From positions 81,530,001 to 81,594,000 of the forward strand of contig CM060732.1 of NCBI GenBank assembly GCA_030704615.1: DNA of 64,000 nucleotides, in the 5' to 3' direction. This DNA is from Takakia lepidozioides (taxonomy: Eukaryota > Plantae > Bryophyta). Numbering within the stretch: the first letter of the stretch is position 1; every line of letters begins with the position of its first letter. Positions 12,221-23,365 of the stretch are shown in pieces. The translations under genes were made by a program, and so were the position numbers. The notes below the pieces were generated by a model that saw only the letters and a list, made by a program, of their open reading frames with translations, made no database searches and was not told where the DNA came from.

Positions 12221-14951
12221 TCCATTGTGGACTACATCATAATGGACAAAATTTTGTTCCCCCAGTGTATCAATGTGTTGATCGACAGAACTGATATTGG
12301 TACCTCTGACCACTTCCTGGTTTGGACTGAGATCAAAAGGTGTTTTCCCACCACCAAGAGATCTGTGAAACGTTCGATTCGGAAGTGGCGCATAGAAAAA
12401 TTCCACAATGAGGACTTCAAGGCCGAGTACGTCCAGGCCTTGCAAGAGGCTCTCCCTCATTTTGTCCAATCACTCCAAGAACTTCAGTCACGCTCTGTTA
12501 ACGCAAGAAATGAAGTCGAAAGAGCAGTGGACTCTTGGGAGAGTTTCGTTTCCTCCGTGGCTGACAAGATCATTGGGAGGAAACTAATTGTCTGCGGTAG
12601 AGCAGTTAATTGGTGGACTAATGAGATTAAACTCAAGATAGCTGAGAGACGAGCCCTCTATAAAGAGTGCTGCAATTTGGAAACCAACAGAGAATTGTGG
12701 GCGAGGTACTACCAGCTCCGTAAAGATATCAATCAGCTAGTTAGGTCTCAGAAGAAATTGTACTGGGACAAGTTATACAGTGAAATAAACTCAAACCACC
12801 ATGGTGGTAATGACAAGAAATTCTGGTTGGCCCTTCAACGTTTGTACAAGCCGAAAAACGGTCAGCAAGTACAAGCGCTGAAGACTACTAAAGGTGCAGT
12901 GGTGACTTCATCGGTTGACTCTGTTAAAACCTGTGAACTAACTACAGTATCCTTGGCAGAAATTCTAGGTCTAACAGTGAGGGGTCTTCTGCTGAATGGA
13001 GGGACACAGTTGGAAAAACTGTTCCTATGATTCAAAACAGCCCTGATGAACTGGAGTATATTTCAATGGCTTATAATGCTCCCATTAGTTCTTCTGAGAT
13101 TGTGGAAGCAATTGAACATTTAAATGGATATAAAGCTGGTGGACCTGATGGTATTGTCAACGAGCTTATCAAGCACGGTGGCGATCCCATGATAGAGGCC
13201 CTAGTTCTCCTCTGTAACCTTATCTGGAAGACTGAAATGATCCCCTTTCGCTGGCGACAGGGGGTCATTGTCAATCTATACAAGAAGGGTGACAGAGAAG
13301 AACCGGGGAACTACCGTGGCATCACGCTCCTCAATGCTGTTGGCAAGACATTCTGCAGAGTTATAAGTACTCGTCTCGAGGTTGATCTGGAGTCTAGAGG
13401 TTGTTTCCACGAAGGCCAAGCTGGTTTTCGGCGAAACAGGGGCTGTGTGGATCATATCTTCACTCTAAGCCAGATTATCCAGGGAAGGAAAAAAGAAGGG
13501 AAACCCACTTATGTCTTTTTCCTGGATGTCAAAAAGGCTTATGACACAGTGTGGAGAGATGGCCTATGGTTCCGCCTCTGGTCTTGTGGGATCAAGGGAA
13601 AGATGTGGAGAGTTGTCCACAACTTGTATGCTCACACCAAAAGCTGTGTCACTGTTAACGGACAGAAGTCCAACTTCTTTGACATAGACCAAGGTGTAGC
13701 TCAAGGATGTACTCTCTCCCCTCTGCTCTTCAATGTTTTCATCAATCAACTCCTCGAGGATGTGGAAAGTGAGGGATTTGGATTAAGGGTGGGTGATACC
13801 ACCATACCAGCCCTTATGTTTGCGGATGACTTCGCAGGCATAGGGGAGACTCCAACCAATCTCCAGGAGTTGATTGATTGCGCGAAGAGATACTTTGATC
13901 TTTGGGGGCTAGAGGCTAATGTCAGCAAATGTGCAGTGGTAGCATTCAACGACAGAGGAGAGGGAGGAAGTGATCTTAAGTGGCAGTGGGGTAGTCAAGA
14001 GATCCCGGTCCTCCCTTCCTACACTTACCTGGGCGTTGAGTTCTCCTCCAATTGTAATTGGGATGCACATATCTGGAAAGTTGTTCAAACTGGCAAGGGC
14101 AAAGCTCTGGGGCTCACTAAATTTTTCCACTGCAGAGGGGTCAACTCTGAGGTTAAGAAAACCATGCTTTGTCGTGTTATTAGACCTGCCTTGGAGTACG
14201 GATCTGCTATATGGGTTGATAACTCCAACCAGGCTAAGTCTCTAGAATCCATTCAAGTGGGGATGCTTAAGGAGTGTATGTCAGCATGCTCCAAAACAGC
14301 CAATGTGGCTGTTCGGGGTGAGTTTGGCATTCCGTCCTTAAGCTCCCGACAAGTGTCCTCAGCCATGTCTGTTGCCATGAGATTGTCTGATGAAAATGAA
14401 GTTAGGCAGAAAACTTCCCTGAACTTGTTTCCAGTCTGTGACATGGGGGAGGACATCTTGGATGACCTCAAGGGTCTACCCACTCTCGGCACTAGACTGA
14501 AATTTAAACTCAGGGCAGGAAGCCTACCTTTGAACAGCAAACAGAAGCAGAGAGGAAAGGGAGAGTGCAATTGCCCGTTGTGTGGGCAATCTGAAGACGG
14601 TATTCATTTTCTGATACACTGTGGGTTCTCTCACCAAAGAGACGCTCTCTTCAACTCTATCAAGGGAATTGTGCCTGTACCCCTGTTTACCAACTTTGAA
14701 AGTCTCGAGGCTGAGCCCAGGCCCTCCTGAGGCCTAGTTTTTGGGCAAATCACACACAGCAGATTGATGCTTGTGTGAAGGGATTTCTAGAGGATATCTG
14801 GAAAACCCGGATTAATTCTATATATGGAGGTAAGTCTTACTACCAACGTCAGCCCCTGACAGAGGTAGGTTCTGTCCCTTTTGTTCCCGCTCAAACTGGG
14901 CGCGGGGTCAATGGCCACAAGGCTACGGCAAACAACGTCTTATGAGTACAA
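12221..14951 (+). mobile_element. 5'-truncated LINE with 9-bp TSD TCTATCCGT
   Basis: TSD at 12212-12220 and 14952-14960. Contains endonuclease end (IVDYI, SDH), RT and a Cys/His region. The 3' end is ...CGTCTTATGAGTACAA with no poly-A. Confidence 0.93.
13027..14730 (+). CDS. LINE reverse transcriptase ORF2 remnant, frameshifted from the upstream part at ~12930
   Basis: KAGGPDG, NYRGITLL, QAGFR, FLDVKKAYDTV, GVAQGCTLSPLLF, LMFADD, YLGV, CPLC. Confidence 0.85.
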   Translation: MIQNSPDELEYISMAYNAPISSSEIVEAIEHLNGYKAGGPDGIVNELIKHGGDPMIEALVLLCNLIWKTEMIPFRWRQGVIVNLYKKGDREEPGNYRGITLLNAVGKTFCRVISTRLEVDLESRGCFHEGQAGFRRNRGCVDHIFTLSQIIQGRKKEGKPTYVFFLDVKKAYDTVWRDGLWFRLWSCGIKGKMWRVVHNLYAHTKSCVTVNGQKSNFFDIDQGVAQGCTLSPLLFNVFINQLLEDVESEGFGLRVGDTTIPALMFADDFAGIGETPTNLQELIDCAKRYFDLWGLEANVSKCAVVAFNDRGEGGSDLKWQWGSQEIPVLPSYTYLGVEFSSNCNWDAHIWKVVQTGKGKALGLTKFFHCRGVNSEVKKTMLCRVIRPALEYGSAIWVDNSNQAKSLESIQVGMLKECMSACSKTANVAVRGEFGIPSLSSRQVSSAMSVAMRLSDENEVRQKTSLNLFPVCDMGEDILDDLKGLPTLGTRLKFKLRAGSLPLNSKQKQRGKGECNCPLCGQSEDGIHFLIHCGFSHQRDALFNSIKGIVPVPLFTNFESLEAEPRPS

Positions 14952-16410
14952 TCTATCCGTAGGTTGTGGGAGCCCACCCTGAACCGCCCCAAAGCCCTCA
15001 GGAGAGAGGGAGATAAAGAGGCCGAAAGGTAATTGGGCCGCAAGATTCTATCATCCCGGAGAACCAAGAATGTTTCTCGATAGAAATGGAGCTTTGTTGT
15101 GAGGTTGGGTAACTTCCAAGTTCTCCTGACATGTAACTCCATGAGCTCCTTTCTAATGAGTTGGTTGCGGTCATGCCTGGATGTGATTTCCACTTCTTCT
15201 GGGTTCACTGGCAAAAGTGAAGCTATAGAGAGTCCATGGCGTTCAAAAAAGGTATCCACACGGGCATACCAGGATTGTTTGAAGCCTGTATTTTTTAGTC
15301 TCATAGATGTTGTGAGGGCCCTGGCCACAAGCCCCTTGGGGGGAAGGCCTTGTAACCTATGCAGGAAAATTGTAAGCCGGAAGAGGGCCTCAGTTTGGAG
15401 TGGCACACAGTCGAATTCTGCATTCAATATGTGTGATGGAGTTGTGCCTCTGGTGCCAAGCATCGCTTGGAGGAAAGATGACTGCAATGGTTCCCGATTG
15501 TTTTCCCACCAGGAAACTGGGACTGCAGGTGCCCAGAATTCACAGCCAAAAGTGGCAGGCTGCCTTGCCTTTTGTCAAGAGGGCAGGGAACGAGATGAAG
15601 TTTCTTTACCCTAGTGACTTGCTTAGTTATGGAGGATGGAGGGGGGCGGAAAGAGAGTAGATCGGAGGAGAGGGTTAGATTTACCTGCTTTATGCTGTTG
15701 AATGTTGAATATGATGAGGTTGGAAGTGGCAAATTGGGGATGACATTGCATGTAAGCAGGTCTCGAATGTCTGCATGAGGGGGGCCTTGTACACAGAGAT
15801 TTTAAGACTAGCAATGTACTATTGGATGGAAATCTGATTGCCAAGGTTACAGACTTTGGTTTAGCTCGGTTGCTAGGAGATGGCTCTGATATGGTCCCCT
15901 CTTCCACAGCTAATGGCACTACTGGTTTTCTTGATCCAGAGTATGCCTCCATTTCTTTCTCTCGTATCCTTTATCTCTCCCTGTTTCTCCTTCCATTTGG
16001 TGGTCTTACGAGTACATTGTCCCCATTCAGTGGTCTGTCCTCTCCCGGTTCACCCACCTTAATACGTCTTGTAAGCTTTTGATGGTCTTAACAATGGATA
16101 TTTCAATGGCCCAACAGGTACTATGCTTTACAAATGTTAATAGAGAAGAGTGATGTATATAGTTTTGGTGTATTCATACTCGAGCTTGGGAGGCCATCAA
16201 CCTCCATCGACCTCAACCTGAGTGGAATCTTGTGGAATGGGTAATCCTCCACCCTCTAAAGAATGAGTGTGAGAGCAAGAATGTTGAGAATGTACTCATG
16301 AGATGTTTGCTGTAGCCTTGTGACCAACAGTTTGAGCGGAACGGTTTGTGTGTGGGTGAGAGATTGTCCTCATAAGACGTTGTTTGCCATAGCCTTGTGG
16401 CTTTGTGTGT

Positions 16411-16447
<37 letters not shown>

Positions 16448-18646
16448 TACTCATGCTGTTCCCTGCTAACATTGGCTTTCCATAGCCTTACGACAATTGA
16501 CCCCGCAGGAAACCAACCCTCCCGGGGCATTTTGTGGGGTTCACACCCACCAGGGATTGTGTGTGTGGGAGGGGGGGAGAGAGCTTGTAGTCAATTGTTG
16601 TAGCGAGTCCTAATCTTCAAATGTGGAATGGGCTGAGATATTGGCTCCAGAACTGTATGGCTAGCCTTCCTAAAGATGTTTTCTTTACCCTGTGCGGAAG
16701 TTGGATTGCTGCATCAGCCTATGCGATCCTGCTTGGAAGGAGGCTATGCAGACAGAGAGAGAAGACTCTGGCAGAAGCCGGTGTAACTAAGAGCCACTTC
16801 ACCTTTCGGCTGGAGGTTATGCAAATACCATAAGATGTTAAAGAACTAGCAGATTCTTAGACACCTTTACTGCTCCTTCTCGCCAACTAAATCTTCATAC
16901 ACAATTTATCAAAACCGATGCTATATATATATGCTCAAAGGTTGATTTAGTTCTTCTACCTTGTCGTGCTACTAATTACAGATTTGGAGGCAAAATTACA
17001 TCATTTCAGGGTGGTTTCCTGCAGGGACGGTCATTGTTGCATCAGGGGAATTTGGGAGCACTAGTGGATGTGACACTGAAGAGCAACTTCACTGAGGACG
17101 CAATGCGGAGAGTGGTAGAAATTGGGGTTAACTCTGTGGAACCCTTGGGAGAGAGGAGACCCAGTATGAGTGAACTCATTAGGGAAATTCAGGAGGTTTT
17201 AGACAGAGAGAGGGGCCTGGCAGCAGGCCCAAGCAATGGGCCCACCACTGTAACTCTAGGGAGTGAGCTTTTCACGCAACAAATTTAGACCCCTGATCAT
17301 GTTTTTTCCATATAGATGTCATCTAGATCTGGTGGTCTGAATGTTCTCTCCTTACAATAGGCATTAATTTACCTCGGACATTCCAAATATTCAGATCCCA
17401 TGTGCATGACTGGATCATCTGCGTGATGGGGTGATCACAGTTCAGTGAATATTAACCATGCTGTCTCTGCTCCCCAAGTTCAAATTAGGTGTTGCTAAGA
17501 AGATACAATGTCTGGAGAGAGCGAAGAGTCTAAGGAGAGAGTCAGTATGGATTGTCTGCCTCCAGGAATAGACTTCGCAGGCCTATCTGTGATCGTAAAG
17601 AGACTTGAACACACCCTATGCGTGGAGCTCCTTCAATGACCCCAGACATAACCAGTGGGTTTAAAAGAAGAGACCATAGGATTTTTCTTGCAGAGAGGCA
17701 GCAGAAAGGCAGATGTAAAAGTTCAATGTCCACAAATCAGCAACCCAACTCCTTTGCTGAAACCGAGACGAGCAAACCTGCTTCCGACTTCAGTGAGAGA
17801 AACCAGGGGCAAACAAAGCAAAATTCACAGGCCGTGATCCATGCTAGCAAGTAGACGGACCAAAACTGCCTCGTTCTCACTCACCGCCGAGGATGGCAGT
17901 GTCTTCCCGCGCTCTCCTGCACACCCACTCCATACGCACGGCTCTGTCCTCTCGCTTGGCTCTCACGAGAGGCCTCGCGTCATGCAGCGCTGGAGCTGAA
18001 AGCGCCATCCCCCTTGGCAATTCGCACAGGACGGAGTCCCTTGCATGTGGTGGCTGCCTTCAGGGATGCCATTCAAATTAGGTGATTACTTACACGAAAC
18101 ACTTGGCGGTTTCCTTTTTTGTGTTTGTACGCGCAGACGGATCCAGGCTCGGAATTGTCTTTTGCGCAATTCAGTAGAAACGAATGAACTCAGCGCAAAG
18201 ATGCAAGAAAGCGCACGGGTCGTTAGGCAAGGCCGATAATTGGTATTAACTGGCGTGTAGGTCAACGTCTGGAGCATGGAACAGCGTTGGCAGCAGTTCT
18301 TTAAAGATACTTTACAATGGTGGAACAGTAGCCTTGACAATGTGAGATTTCTTCATGTAGGATGAGATTGATGGAACTCTGGTATGGTCGTATGGTGTGG
18401 ACTGGATCGTACAGTTGTTGAGTGAAGTCAGTGAAGTCAGAATCTCGCTTTGCTCTAGGAAAACTTTTTTTACTGTCCGTATCGAGGTTCTCCTTGCTGA
18501 GCAGGGCATGAAAGGAGGATGCGCAAGGTCTTTTCCGTTGAGTTTGCAAGGTGCTTGGGAGGGTTGAGACTGCAGCTCCTCAGCTGCTCCCTGGTCGTTT
18601 TCATAGACCACTCCAAGGTCTCCAGGCATTGTCAGCTGCTAGCAGT

Positions 18647-21583
18647 ATGGCGAGGATGTATGCATGATTTGTGCAGAGGCAGGGATGGCTGAAGGAGCAG
18701 GGATAGAGTGTGGGTCTAGATTCATCCAAGAGGGCGGGATTTCAATCACAAGATTACGTATGGTTCCATGTGGATTGATAGCTACAAGAAACCTGCATGG
18801 GTAAATGGTCAACTGGAAGTGGTGGCAGTGGCAGCACAATTGATGAAATGGGGCACTGATAATGATGGCGTCTTCTTCAACACATTTCAGCCTGTTTTGC
18901 CCTGAAACGTCCCTGATTTGTCATGTTGAATTCCGCAAGTTAGCTTGTTGGGTGGATCTATGGTGGTTTCGAGTGATTTTGACATGTTACTGCTAATGTG
19001 GCAACAGGAAAGTATTCAAAAACAGATAACAGAGACGAGGAGAATCTTTGGAAGGAATATTTTTCCGACCCCACCCATGCAGGTCAACTGGAAGCAGCAG
19101 CAGCACCGGCACAGTTGATAAAATCAGGCACCTGGACAATGACCACAGCTTGCGAAAGAGGACCAAGAGAGGGAGTCCACAATGCCTCTTCAGGCACTTC
19201 TGAGCATGTGAGGATGCTATGTGAGGCAGGGCGACTGAAAGAGGCTCTACAGACTTTAAACCAAGGAGGCATTTCAGCAGATTCGAATACTTTATGTCTG
19301 TCTCTTGCACAAGTGCATCAAGATGAAAGGCCTGGAAGCTGGAAAGCAGGTGCATGCTCACATTATCCAAAGTGGATTCAAGCCAAATGTTTTCCTTCAC
19401 AACACCCTTGTCAGCACGTATGTTAAGTGCGGGGGCATCGTGGATGCTCACCAACTGTTCAGCACAATGCCTCAACGATCTTTGATCACGTGGAATATAA
19501 TGATGGCAGGATTTACCAAGCATGGGTGTAATAGGAATGCTTTGGAGACCTATGAGCAAATGACGCGGGAAGGGGTGAAACCCAACCACATCACGTTTGT
19601 TTGTGTTTGCAATGCGTGTGCGAGCTTGGCAGCCCTGGAGAAGGGCAAAGAGGTCCATGGTGAAATCATCAAAGCTGGAATTGTACCAGATGTTATTCTG
19701 AACAGTACCCTCATGGACATGTATGCCAAATGTGAGAGCATTGAGGATGCAAAGGGAGTGTTCAACAATATGGCTGAACGAAATGTGGTGTCGTGGAGCG
19801 CAATGATTGCAGGATATGCACAGCAGGGACATGGGATGGAGGCTTTGGAGACCTACAAGCAAATGATGCGGGAAGGGGTGAAGCCTGACCACATCACGTT
19901 TGTGTGCGTTTGCAATGCGTGTGCAAGTCTGGCAGCCCTGGAAAAGGGCAAGGAGGTCAATGGTGACATCGTCAAAGCTGGAATTGTACCAGATGTCATT
20001 CTGAACAGTACCCTTGTGGACATGTATGCCAAATGTGGGTGCATCGAGGATGCGAAGGGCGTGTTCGACAATATGGCTGAACGAAATGTGGTGTCTTGGA
20101 GCACAATGATTGCAGGATATGCTCAGCAGGACAGGGAATAGAGGCTTTGGAGACCTATGAGCAAATGTTGTGGGAAGGGGTGAAGCCCAACCACATCACG
20201 TTTGTTTGTGTTTGCAATGCGTGTGCGAGCCTGGCAGCCCTGGAAAGGGGCAAAGAGGTCCATAGTGACATCGTCAAAGCCGGGATTGTACCAGATGTCA
20301 TTCTGAACAATACCCTTGTGGACATGTATGCCAAATGTGGGAGCATCAAGGATGCAAAGGGAGTGTTCGACAATATGGTTGAACGAGATGTGGTGTCATG
20401 GAACACCATGATTTCAGGATATGCACAGCAGGGGTGTGGGATGGAGGCTTTGGAGACGTATAAGCAAATGATGAGGGAAATGGTAAAGTCTGACCACATC
20501 ACATTTGTTTGCGTTTGCAATGCGTGTGTGAGCCTGGCAGCCCTGGAAAAGGGCAAAGAGGTCCATGGTGACATTGTCAAAGCTGGAATTTTACCAGATG
20601 TTGTTCTGAACACTGCACTGATGAACATGTATGCCAAATGTGGGTGCATCAAGGATGCAAAGGGAGTGTTCAACAATATGGTCAAACGAGATGTGGTGTC
20701 CTGGAACGCAATGATTGCAGGATATGCTCAGCATGGTTGTCATAGGGAGGCCCTGCAACTATTTGAAGGAATGCAAAAGGAAGGCTTGAAGCCGGACAGT
20801 ATCACATTTAAATGTGTTCTCTCTGCGTGCAGCCATACTGGCCTACTGTATGAAGGAAAACGCTACTTCGATTCCCTGAGTCAAGCACTTTGGCTGCATG
20901 GTGGACCTTCTTGGACGTGCGGGGCGATTGGATGAGGCAGAGGACCTCATTAATAAAATGCCAATCAAACCAGATGCTGTGGTGTGGAAGGCCTTGCTTG
21001 GTGCCTGCAGAATCCATGGCACTGTGGAGATGGCTGAACGTGCGGCAACATCTATTCTCAAGTGGGATGAACAGGACGCTGCGACTTATGTGTTGCTATC
21101 GAACATCTATGCCACAGCTGGCAGGTGGGAAGATAGTGCAAAGGTGAGAAAAATGATGAAGGTCAGAGGGTTAGAAAGGATCCAGGTCGCTGCTGGATTG
21201 AGGTTGGCAACAGGGTGCACACATTTGTTGTAGATGACAAATTGCATCCCAAAATTAAGGAAATTCATGCTGAGCTGAAGATTGTCTGGGCAGATGAAGG
21301 CAGGGTATGTGCCTGACTCACGCTTTGTATTGCAAGATGTGGGGGAGGAGCAAAAAGAATTTTCTCTTTGCCACCACAGTGAGAAGCTGGCCATTGGTTT
21401 TGGGCTGATCAGCACGGCCCTAGGACACCTCTCCGTCTCATCAAGAATCTTCGGGTGTGTGGTGACTGCCACACGTCCACCAAGTTGATCTCAAAGATTG
21501 TTGGCCGACCAGTTGTTATACGGGTTGCTGACCGCTTTCACCACTTTGAAGATGGGGTTTGTTCGTGTGAGGATTACTGGTGA
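18647..21583 (+). pseudogene. PLS-class PPR-E-DYW RNA-editing factor pseudogene
   Basis: About five P-L-S triplets (VVSW.AMIAGYAQ.G...EAL, ITFVCVCNACASLAALEKGKEVH, LVDMYAKCG), E domain, PG box (KDPGRCWIEV), HHSEKLA, CGDCH, ending CEDYW-stop at 21583. At least five frameshifts (~19291, ~20130, ~20885, ~21170, ~21280, ~21420) plus stops in the 5' part. Start position is approximate. Confidence 0.9.
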
Positions 21584-23029
21584 ATCGATGTTTTCCTGGA
21601 AAGGTGCACGTGCCTGGCTTCATTCATTGATCTGTGCAGCTACTCAGTTCATCCATGATTTCCTGAGAATATGGACCATGATGTACTGTTGAGGCTAATT
21701 CCTGTGGCATATCCACAGGAAATGATGGTGGGATCTACGTAGCATACGTGGGAAGTCGGCCCATAATTGCACTCAAATGAGTGAACGGGGGAATTGGACT
21801 AACTCTGGTGATGTTGGAATGCTATCAGAATGCTGTCCTAATTCTGGTGTGGGTGGTGGAGCTGAGCTTCTCCAAATCTGGGAGACGAAAGTGAATACAG
21901 TAAATTTGGGGCAGCCGTATGCACCAGTTTGTTCAATTTGGACATGTTTGTATGTCTCTGGTAGTGGTGCTTCAGATAGAGCCTGGGACTAATTTGCATG
22001 AATGTTGTCGATAGCTAGGATTCACCCACCAAGATCCAATTCCATGTTGGCCACTTGAAAGTTTACTTAGTGGTTGTAATGGTATTTGGGTATTCTGTTA
22101 TTGATTGATACGGTATGAATTCGATTTGCGTAAGTCCTTCACACTATCACATCACTTTGTGCATGTTGGAGTTCCAGGTTGGGGACAGGCTTCACCTACA
22201 CCCACTTCTGAACACAATTGCCTACAGTTCAAGACCAGATTTGGGAGCTTGTATGAAATAATTGCACACTAAACAACTGTGCATAGTTTCATGTAACAAT
22301 TGGGGATACTGCTAGTTGCCCGGGAAGTAGGTTTCAATTGCTGGCGTGACACCGGGTGTTCTCCATAACTACTTGAGCTACAGATCTCGATCAAGCAGAA
22401 AGTCTTCAAGAGCTTTTTCTCAATCTCTTGCTTGCAGTAACCTTCCCATATATTCCAAATTTGGACCCAAAAACTTATAGGTGCAGCTCTTGTTCCATTG
22501 TGTCGGTTGAAATAATATCAATATAGTAGCACCCAACGAAGGGATATGTTTGTAGTGATAGGGAGACATGCTGGGTTGACTGCCCTTCCTTCGGCTGTGA
22601 GGGCCTTGTCATCACAAGAACCATTTGCCACCAACTCCGGGAGGACAAAAAAGAGAGTTTTAAAATTTGTTGTGCAAGCCAGCAGTGCACCAACATCAGA
22701 AGCTATGCATTGGGCGTTTGTTAGTGTGTAGAATGCATATATATGCAGCAAATTCAGGGAACCTCCAAACAAATAGGTTGTCCATGGTGAGCTGATGGGT
22801 CTGTTGGATGATGTAGGAACCTAACAGCAACCGACATGTTGAGGGGCAGGAGATTCAGGCCGTAGCAATCACAACTCTGTCGATGTGGTTTGATAACCAC
22901 GATGTATGAAATTTCCAGTGCCTGCCCAGGGGCATTTTTGTCGCTCAATAGAGGCTTATGGACTAAAGGCTTATTTGCAAGCGAAGAGTACTACCCTTAC
23001 CCGACGAGTTTAATGCGCGCGTGCGAAAC

Positions 23030-23365
23030 TGACGGCACGGACGTCCGTGCTGCTGCCCCGGAGCCGCGGCCCGCCGGCGTCCGCCGCGTCAAAACCCCAC
23101 CCCTCGTCCAAACCCCCCCGCCCCGCGCCGCGCCGCTCCCAGGCACCATGCCCGCGCCCGCCCGCCCGCCCCGCCCGCTTATAAGCGCCGCGACGGCCAG
23201 GTCTCTCACTATCTCTCGGGTAGCTCCGTGGTCGTGCCTCCCACACGCCAGCCAGCGGCTCCCCGGTTCGAACCCGCGCGCCGCGGTCCCCCGTTCCCCT
23301 CGCGATGGGTCCCCGCTCCCCTCGCGCAGAGTCCACGCTCCCCTCCGGCGGCTCCCCTCGCGTGA
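23030..23365 (+). other. GC-rich island with TATA, A box and B box (tRNA-like Pol III promoter)
   Basis: TTATAA 23179-23184, TAGCTCCGTGG 23221-23231, GGTTCGAACCC 23265-23275, and CCCCTCGCG-type repeats. Confidence 0.6.

Larger units (their letters stand above)
11765..15577 (-). mobile_element. 5'-truncated LINE with (TTTCA)n tail (RTE/RTEX-like), interrupted by a second LINE
   Basis: ORF2 C-terminus RFRVGSHNLRI (to ~14955) resumes as ETGRW...RLCPAC...ETEEHF..CP.Y (12212-11968). GAAAT repeats at 11764-11868 form the tail. Absent from the orthologous intron at ~55900. Confidence 0.85.
7943..17288 (+). pseudogene. 3' half (TM + kinase exons) of a duplicated LRR-RLK, disabled
   Basis: Colinear with 52985-57626. 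Lesions: 23-nt deletion at ~10870 leading to a stop, ~0.4-kb deletion at ~11232, 13-nt deletion at ~11274, 10-nt deletion at ~16188, and a LINE insertion at 11765-15577. Homology continues downstream to ~17690. Confidence 0.92.

Noticed and set aside
18993-20685. Long minus-strand ORFs (299 aa, 176 aa)
   Set aside because: Antisense shadows of the PPR repeats.
21170-21583. U-to-C (KP/GRP-type) editing domain
   Set aside because: The PG box, HSE motif and DYW terminus are the canonical C-to-U type.
23210-23290. Functional tRNA gene (also 1897-1963)
   Set aside because: A and B boxes are present, but I could not form acceptor and anticodon stems.
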